A DNA stretch of 64,000 nucleotides from Candidatus Sericytochromatia bacterium (GTDB lineage: Bacteria > Cyanobacteriota > Sericytochromatia > S15B-MN24 > VGJW01), in assembly GCA_035285865.1 (NCBI GenBank), contig JAYKHS010000005.1:58057-122056 (forward strand), written 5' to 3'. The notes under the pieces were generated by a model. That model made no database searches and was not told the origin of the DNA. It was given only the letters and a program-made list of their open reading frames with translations. Both the position numbers and the translations under genes were made by a program. This document shows, piece after piece, positions 58,719 to 64,000 of the stretch (its first letter is position 1; each line of letters opens with the position of its first letter).

Positions 58719-60722
58719 CTATTCCTCCCCCGTCCGGGAGAAACGCAGGCCTAGGCCGACGGGTTCGCCATCGACGAGATGGGCCTGCCACGGATAGGCC
58801 ATGACTGTCTTGCCTGAGGTGACGACGGTCTGGCCATAGAGGTGTCGGCCTTCGTCCTCGAACCAGACGCGGGTCTCCATGGACCCGTCGGGAATGGGGG
58901 TGCTCCAGGCGAAGCTCCCGGGGCCGGTGACTTTTCCGGAAAGCGGTACGGACACCATCACGTCCGGATCTGCCGCGGCCGCAGGGCCCAGCGTGGGATA
59001 GCTGCGTCCCACGATCACGCCCGCTTCGTCTCGCAGTTTGAAGTAACCGCCCATCTGGTCAGGGTCCTTGGTTCCGACCCATACGTAGATGCCCTCGGTG
59101 GGACGGGCTTGGCCGTAGGAGATCCAGTCCCAGGTCTGGCCCGCTTCCTGGCGGCCATTGCGGGTGAAGCCTCGGGTGGCATGGGCGTTGCCGAATCGGT
59201 CTCGTTCGGCTCGAACCCCGATCGAGGTGATGCCCAGGTCTCCGCAGGTCTTGACTTCCCCGGGATCGCTGACTGCATCGCCGTTTGCGTCGACCCATAC
59301 ACCCAATTTCTCGAGTTCGCTGCCTGCAAGGCTTCCGTCTCGATCCTGATCCAGCCGTTCCAGCGCCCGGTAGCCATCCTTGAAGCTTTCGCCCCAAGTG
59401 AAGTTGCCGAACAACTGCTTGCCGCTGGCGATGCGACCCGTGTGTTCGGGATCCCAGACGAGCAGACCTGAACCCGGACCGACCCATTCCCAGTTGGCCG
59501 TCCCCTTGCCATCCAGGTCAAAGAGCCGGAGGCTCTCGGCCGCAATCTGGCGCCCCGGGCGCAGCTTCCAAGGGCCCCGGGCCAGCAGATCGGGTCTTCC
59601 GCTGCCCGCGAGGTCCAGGATGATTGGGCTGGCGTGGAAGGTGGTGCCAACGACCTTGAGGTATTCGGACTTCTTCTGGTTGCCGGTCCCCTCGACCGAC
59701 ACGTCGTCGCCAGACTTGGTACCCTTGGCAAGGTTCGCGAGCGTCTTCTGGACGTCGGCGTTCAACTTCTTGACTTCGCGGTCCGAAAGCTTCTTCCCGT
59801 CGGCGTAGCCCTTGACGGGATAGGACCCGACGATTTCGCCCGTGTTCCTGTCCAGCAGGACGATTTCATTCGTTCGGGCAATCTTGTCGTCCTTGACGGT
59901 GCCGATTTCTTTCTTGACGAAAGATTCGAGGTCGTCGTAATCGACATTCTTCAAGGTTGCCTTGACATCCTTGGCGCCGGTCACCTTCTGAGCCCCGATT
60001 TTTCCGTTTTTCAGGTTCTGGAGCAGATTCTTCTTGCGCGACCGATAGATGGCCACGACCTCTCGGGGCACTTCATATCGCTCCAGTTTTCGCGTCCAGG
60101 TGACCTTCTTGCCTCCCGGGATGGCGGATTCCTGCGTGGTCGGATTGTGGCTGCAGCGGTCTCCTCCCTTGGGATTGCCCGGATAGCAGGCAGGATAGGC
60201 AGACTTGGGAATCTTGACGACGGCGAGTTTCTTTTTGGTAGCAAGCTTCTTCTTGGCTGCTTCCGCCTTCTTCTTGCCGTTCTTTTCCTTGGCTTTGCCC
60301 TGGTCGTTCTTCTTGTTCTTATCGGCGCTCTTGCTGCCCTTGTCGTTCTTTTTGCCGTTCTTGTTGGCGTTCGGGTTTCCAGCCTTGTTATTGCTGTCTT
60401 TCTTGTCGCTCTTTGCCGCGGCCTTGACGTTGTTATCGTTCTTCTTGTTGCTCTTGTCCGCAGCCTTGTTGTTGTCGCTCTTCTTGTCCTTTGCTGAAGG
60501 CTTGTTTTGCGACGGCTTGGGAGCCTCCTGCTTGGGCTGAGGCTTGGGGGCCACAGGCTTCGGCTTCGGCGGGGGCGGCGGAGGCGGTGGTGGCGCCGGC
60601 TTGGCCGGTGCGGGCTTGGGTTTTTTGTTGCCAGCCTCTGCCGGCGGGGTCAGGATGAGCCCCAGTGCCGCTGCCAAGGCGATAAGCGCTTGACCGGGAC
60701 GGAGTCTGAACTTGCGAACCAC
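58719..60722 (-). CDS. Secreted Pro/Lys-rich protein with an FrpC-like Ca2+-binding self-processing module (Ser-Pro variant)
   Basis: Signal peptide ending AEA; SPIILDL, FDLDG.G, WV...GLLV.D, LFG, GY.AL..LD.DRDG, VW.D.NGD..SD.GE, LGI.SI. Confidence 0.75.
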   Translation of the reverse strand: MVRKFRLRPGQALIALAAALGLILTPPAEAGNKKPKPAPAKPAPPPPPPPPPKPKPVAPKPQPKQEAPKPSQNKPSAKDKKSDNNKAADKSNKKNDNNVKAAAKSDKKDSNNKAGNPNANKNGKKNDKGSKSADKNKKNDQGKAKEKNGKKKAEAAKKKLATKKKLAVVKIPKSAYPACYPGNPKGGDRCSHNPTTQESAIPGGKKVTWTRKLERYEVPREVVAIYRSRKKNLLQNLKNGKIGAQKVTGAKDVKATLKNVDYDDLESFVKKEIGTVKDDKIARTNEIVLLDRNTGEIVGSYPVKGYADGKKLSDREVKKLNADVQKTLANLAKGTKSGDDVSVEGTGNQKKSEYLKVVGTTFHASPIILDLAGSGRPDLLARGPWKLRPGRQIAAESLRLFDLDGKGTANWEWVGPGSGLLVWDPEHTGRIASGKQLFGNFTWGESFKDGYRALERLDQDRDGSLAGSELEKLGVWVDANGDAVSDPGEVKTCGDLGITSIGVRAERDRFGNAHATRGFTRNGRQEAGQTWDWISYGQARPTEGIYVWVGTKDPDQMGGYFKLRDEAGVIVGRSYPTLGPAAAADPDVMVSVPLSGKVTGPGSFAWSTPIPDGSMETRVWFEDEGRHLYGQTVVTSGKTVMAYPWQAHLVDGEPVGLGLRFSRTGEE

Positions 60723-61081
60723 GTCTGACGACCTCGGGTTACGCACACCAACTGATGCGCGTGTCGGACATATGAGTTGCCTACCCAATATCGGGGTCCG
60801 GTCGTCGGCGATCTTTCTTTTGGCATGCGGCCTCCATCATTTCGGACTGCCTGCGTTCCCGTGGATTGATGGCCCTGCGCTTGAGGGGCGCCCCGATGCA
60901 GGCTCATTCCGCCCGGAGCCGATCGTCCGGGGCATGTCGGGGGGGGCTCGGTTCGGGCGTCTGGGCCGATGGCTTCAGTGGTGCGGGATCGGAACAGGCC
61001 GGAATGAAGGGGAACGGAGCATCGTGACGGCTTCGGCCGACGCCTTGCCTGAAGTGGCAAGTACCCTTCGGATTCCCGGGC

Positions 61082-62293
61082 TCAGACCAAGTGCGGCGGC
61101 GGGGGGGCTGTCGCCGGGATGACCGAAGGCGCAGGTGGCAGGTGTTCCGGCGGCGGAACGACATAGGTCGGAGGCGGGCTTGCCGGCATCTGCGTGACCT
61201 CCGGTGGGGGCACCACATAGGTGGGAGGCGGTGTCGGAGCGGAGGGTGCCGGGGTAGGCTGCAGTGGCCTGTGCCCTGCCGGCGCGGCTGGCGAGGGTGT
61301 CGGCGACGGGCTGACAGGTGCCTCGTTTGCGGGCATGGGGGCGAGATGTGGCGGTGTCGGAGCCGGTGACGACAACGTGGCCGCCGGAGTTCCCGGGCTC
61401 GGTGCAGGTGCAGGAGCGGGAGACGGCGCTGGCGCCGAAGGCGCAGGAGAAGCCGGGCCGGGTGCTGGCTGAGGCGCGGATGGCCGGACAGCGTCGCCCA
61501 GCCACTCTGCCTTGCTCAAGCGCCTGTCGCCATCAAGATCCTTGTTCTTGAGGACGTTGGCCTGAATCTCCTGGCCGGACAGGAAGGCGTCGCCGTTGCG
61601 GTCGTAGTCCGAGAACTGTTCCTCGAGGCGAGCTCGCTCGTGCGCCCTGGTGAATTCGGCCTTGGAGACGCGGCCGTCCCGGTCCTTGTCCATGCCCTGG
61701 ACGCCCAGCTTGGCTGCTTCCTTGCCACTCAAGAAGCCGTCCCGATTCCGGTCGTAAGCATCGAACTCCTTGGCGATGGTCACATCCTTGCGGTGGAATC
61801 GGCCCAACTCGCCGCCGACGGTCCGACCGTCGCCGTTCTCGTCCGACCCAGCCAGCGAGGCGTGGTTCTCGGTCCCGCTCAAGCTGCCGTCCTTGTCTGC
61901 ATCGCGTTTTGCCATCTGAACCTGCCGACGCTTGTCGGCACGACCGAGCATGAATTCCTCCTTCGACAGCACGCCGTCACCATTCCTGTCCCAGCCGGCG
62001 TGCTGCTTGGAGATTTCCTTGGCCGTCAGGAAGCCGTCCTTGCTCCTGTCCAGCCCCTTGAAGGCCTTGTCGTCCAGCTTGTGTGCGCTGGCATTGCCCT
62101 GGACTCCGAAAGTCTTGAGATCGGCCGCCGAGACGCCCGGTACCGACGGGGGTTTGGGCGCGGGCTTGTTCTTGGCTACCGCGCTCTTCACGGGCTTGGC
62201 CGCGGCTTTGCCGACCGCAGTCTTGGCAGCCCCATTTGCCTTGACGTCGCCCTTGCCGCCTAGCCCGCCCTTGTTGGCGATTTTGCCAGCCAT
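61082..62293 (-). CDS. Multi-EF-hand protein (8 DxDxDG-type loops) with Pro-rich tail
   Basis: DRSKDGFLTAKE, DRNGDGVLSKEE, DADKDGSLSGTE, DENGDGRTVGGE, DRNRDGFLSGKE, DKDRDGRVSKAE, DRNGDAFLSGQE, DLDGDRRLSKAE. Confidence 0.85.
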   Translation of the reverse strand: MAGKIANKGGLGGKGDVKANGAAKTAVGKAAAKPVKSAVAKNKPAPKPPSVPGVSAADLKTFGVQGNASAHKLDDKAFKGLDRSKDGFLTAKEISKQHAGWDRNGDGVLSKEEFMLGRADKRRQVQMAKRDADKDGSLSGTENHASLAGSDENGDGRTVGGELGRFHRKDVTIAKEFDAYDRNRDGFLSGKEAAKLGVQGMDKDRDGRVSKAEFTRAHERARLEEQFSDYDRNGDAFLSGQEIQANVLKNKDLDGDRRLSKAEWLGDAVRPSAPQPAPGPASPAPSAPAPSPAPAPAPSPGTPAATLSSPAPTPPHLAPMPANEAPVSPSPTPSPAAPAGHRPLQPTPAPSAPTPPPTYVVPPPEVTQMPASPPPTYVVPPPEHLPPAPSVIPATAPPPPHLV

Positions 62294-62533
62294 GTCCTGC
62301 TCCGTCTGTCGTTCAGCCCTTGCTGCCGAGCGGTCGTGCCCGATCTATTCCGCTGTCCTCGGCCCTTGTTATGGCTCTTGGCAGACTGCCAATCGCTTGA
62401 AAGTGCCGATTTAACGAGAGTCTTTGAGTCGGAACCGGAGCAACAGGACCGGGCACGTTCCGACTTGCATCGGGGTGGGAATCATACCGTCATCCGTGCG
62501 GGCTTCGCGGCCCGGAGCCAAGAACTCCAAGGG

Positions 62534-63007
62534 ATGTGTCACGTGCCAGTACTCCCCACCTCATGGCGCAATCTGGCGGTAGCCGCCGTCTGCTCGCTGG
62601 TGCTTGGCGGCTGTGCCGTCACCATTCGCGGGGGGACGGCCGAGGGACTCGAACCCGGTCAGGTCAGGCTCGACCTGAAGTACCGCGTCATCGGCAGGGT
62701 CAAGGCGACGGCTCGAGCCGCGTATGTGCCGCTGTTTGTACCTTTCTACCTGCTCTTCAACATACCGTTGGTGGAGGGGGGATACCGCAGCATCGAGACG
62801 TCCCGCAGCCATCCCTTGGGGTTCCTCGGAAGTCTGTTTCCCGGGCCGGATCCCGTGACCGAGGCCGCACGCTACGATGCCCTGGAGAAGGTTCCCGACG
62901 CGTCAGGGCTTCTGGGTGTCCGTGTCCGGACCGAAGAAACCTCGTGGGGGCCGTTCTGGCTCGATCGGACCGTCGAGGTTTCGGGAAGTGCAATCCAGTA
63001 TCAGTAA
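62534..63007 (+). CDS. Small hypothetical lipoprotein
   Basis: Lipobox VLGG-C; AARYDAL...DA..L..V....V.V.G.AI pattern of small alpha/beta lipoproteins; start uncertain. Confidence 0.6.
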   Translation: MCHVPVLPTSWRNLAVAAVCSLVLGGCAVTIRGGTAEGLEPGQVRLDLKYRVIGRVKATARAAYVPLFVPFYLLFNIPLVEGGYRSIETSRSHPLGFLGSLFPGPDPVTEAARYDALEKVPDASGLLGVRVRTEETSWGPFWLDRTVEVSGSAIQYQ

Positions 63008-63123
63008 CAGGTGAATCTCAGCGGGCAGCTTGCTCCCGGGGCTTGTTGGTTCGAGAAATCTCGATTAAGTCCCGAACCTCGCCTGTCGTGGGCGGTATAG
63101 AGGTGAAAGAGGGACTGACGATC

Positions 63124-63564
63124 ATGAAGTTGCAGGGACCACGTGGAACCGGGGCGCTGGGCAGTCAGGCATTGCGAGCCGTTGTCTCCGGGCCGGAGCA
63201 GGCGGATCCCGGTGCTGCCGGGACGACGAAGGGCAAGGGCAAGAAGAAGGCGGAGGCCTCCGGCCAGCGCGCGGACTCGGATTCCCAGACCGAGTTGCGA
63301 ACGTTCGGGCGAACGAATCGTCGTCAGGCCCTTGAGATGCCTGTTGCCCCGCAGCCATCGCGGGACGGTGTTCAGGCCGAGCAAGGATCGTCCGGCCGGC
63401 GAGGCGTCGGGAGGGCGAATCGCGGGGGAGTCGGCCGGGACCCCGAGGTTCGGGTTCGGTCCGGCAGCAAGGAACTTATGGCCAGAGTCGTCACCGGCAT
63501 CGAGACGGCCCGTGTCTTCCTTCAGGAAGGTTTGGGCAGGCTTGGGGCCAAGCGCAAGGTTTGA
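63124..63564 (+). CDS. Hypothetical low-complexity protein
   Basis: AGAGGG SD-like element, ATG 63124; mostly disordered with a C-terminal helix. Confidence 0.45.
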   Translation: MKLQGPRGTGALGSQALRAVVSGPEQADPGAAGTTKGKGKKKAEASGQRADSDSQTELRTFGRTNRRQALEMPVAPQPSRDGVQAEQGSSGRRGVGRANRGGVGRDPEVRVRSGSKELMARVVTGIETARVFLQEGLGRLGAKRKV

Positions 63565-63695
63565 GCCCGCGCGTCGACCGGTCGGTCGCGCCGAATCGTA
63601 AGATGGGCGCCTATCCCCTGTAGCGGCCGGCCCAGTCCTGAGCGGGCGCCAAGATCCGCTGACATTCCGTGTCCCGGTGTTGCCCCGAAGCACAA

Positions 63696-63729
63696 AGCGG
63701 GTCCCGGCGTAATCGCCGAAACCCGCTTC
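63696..63729 (-). terminator. Terminator-like hairpin immediately downstream of the tRNA 3' end
   Basis: Minus-strand AAGCGGGTTTCGGCG-ATTA-CGCCGGGACCCGCTT: 15-bp stem with two G-U pairs that form only on the minus strand. Confidence 0.7.
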
Positions 63730-63738
63730 ATTCCGAGG

Positions 63739-63784
63739 TGGGCCGTGAAGGGCTCGAACCTTCGACCCGCTGATTAAGAGTCAG
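63739..63784 (-). pseudogene. 3' half of tRNA-Lys(CTT), probable att-site duplicate
   Basis: Minus strand CTGA-CT-CTT-AA-TCAG CGGGTC GAAGG-TTCGAGC-CCTTC ACGGCCC A: anticodon arm, T-arm and acceptor 3' strand; no D-arm or 5' acceptor strand upstream. Confidence 0.88.
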
Positions 63785-64000
63785 TGGGTCTGGGGAATTA
63801 CGGGCAAATACCGAACCACAGAAAACTTGATCAAAGCCAGTAGATCCGATACTTTCAGCCATGTAACCCTTGCCCTGGGGTTGCCGTCAATTCCTGCCTG
63901 TTGTTGCCCCGGCGTTGCCCCGTTGTTGCCCGGGCGTTGCCCCGAACGGAGAGTCAACCGATGCCCCCGAGTCACATCCTGAGTCGATTCACGATGGAGA
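63785..64000. mobile_element. Probable edge of an integrative element (prophage or genomic island) inserted at tRNA-Lys
   Basis: Starts where tRNA identity stops; locally AT-richer; phased direct repeats; no integrase inside the window. Confidence 0.6.
63901..63946. repeat. Four GTTGCCC direct repeats with 11-bp period
   Basis: Cores at 63903, 63914, 63925, 63936; degenerate copies at 63869 and 63880; another copy (GTTGCCCCGAA) at 63679. Confidence 0.85.

Noticed and set aside
60230..60630. T-rich, low-GC tract suggesting foreign DNA
   Set aside because: Results from Lys/Asn codons on the minus strand of the 58719-60722 gene
60723..61081. Riboswitch or ncRNA in the 360-bp intergenic region
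   Set aside because: Only short hairpins seen; no aptamer consensus recognisable by eye. An Rfam/Infernal scan would be needed.
62294..62420. Sigma-28 promoters upstream of the EF-hand and SPM genes
   Set aside because: Only -10-like matches (GCGGAATA, CCCGATAT) with poor -35 elements; not supportable
63739..63830. Intact or intron-containing tRNA-Lys
   Set aside because: No D-arm or GGGCCGT acceptor 5' strand upstream within the window; the break is at the base of the anticodon stem, not at an intron position
63901..63946. CRISPR array or replication iterons
   Set aside because: Units are 11 bp with no spacers, and no cas or rep gene is visible; position beside a tRNA fragment fits integrase arm sites better

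Overview
GC-rich bacterial chromosomal segment of about 60 genes, mostly core genome. It opens with a Firmicute-style late flagellar cluster (actin-fold gene fragment, coiled-coil protein, SLT, flgF-flgG-flgJ-flgM-flgN-flgK-flgL-fliW-csrA-flhF-flhG) carrying two sigma-28-like promoters. Housekeeping genes follow (recN, msrB, tldD/pmbA, hslO, coaX, ccs1-ccsA, hemA, phnDCE, alpha2-type glyRS, gyrB, dapL-like, queD-like, fapA, PLD, tsaC/sua5), interspersed with many lipoproteins and secreted hypotheticals. The mix of Firmicute-like flagellar genes, cyanobacterial-like Ccs1/CcsA and a Cdv3-like tail suggests a non-photosynthetic relative of Cyanobacteria such as Ca. Sericytochromatia (inference). 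Most notable: (1) a three-gene Ca2+-associated cluster at 57.5-62.3 kb, with a Lys-rich secreted protein carrying an FrpC-like self-processing module whose Asp-Pro site is Ser-Pro, next to an 8-EF-hand protein; (2) a 3'-half tRNA-Lys(CTT) with 11-bp-phased GTTGCCC repeats, marking the likely edge of an integrative element beyond the right end; (3) recurring TANNNT-N6/7-start leaderless gene architecture; (4) several unusual domain architectures (triplicated Ccs1 domain, RodZ-HTH/Cdv3-like fusion, His-rich LysM protein, 1162-aa multi-barrel lipoprotein, papain-fold plus PLD pair). No CRISPR array, rRNA or transposase was seen. All calls come from reading motifs by eye; no database searches were run.
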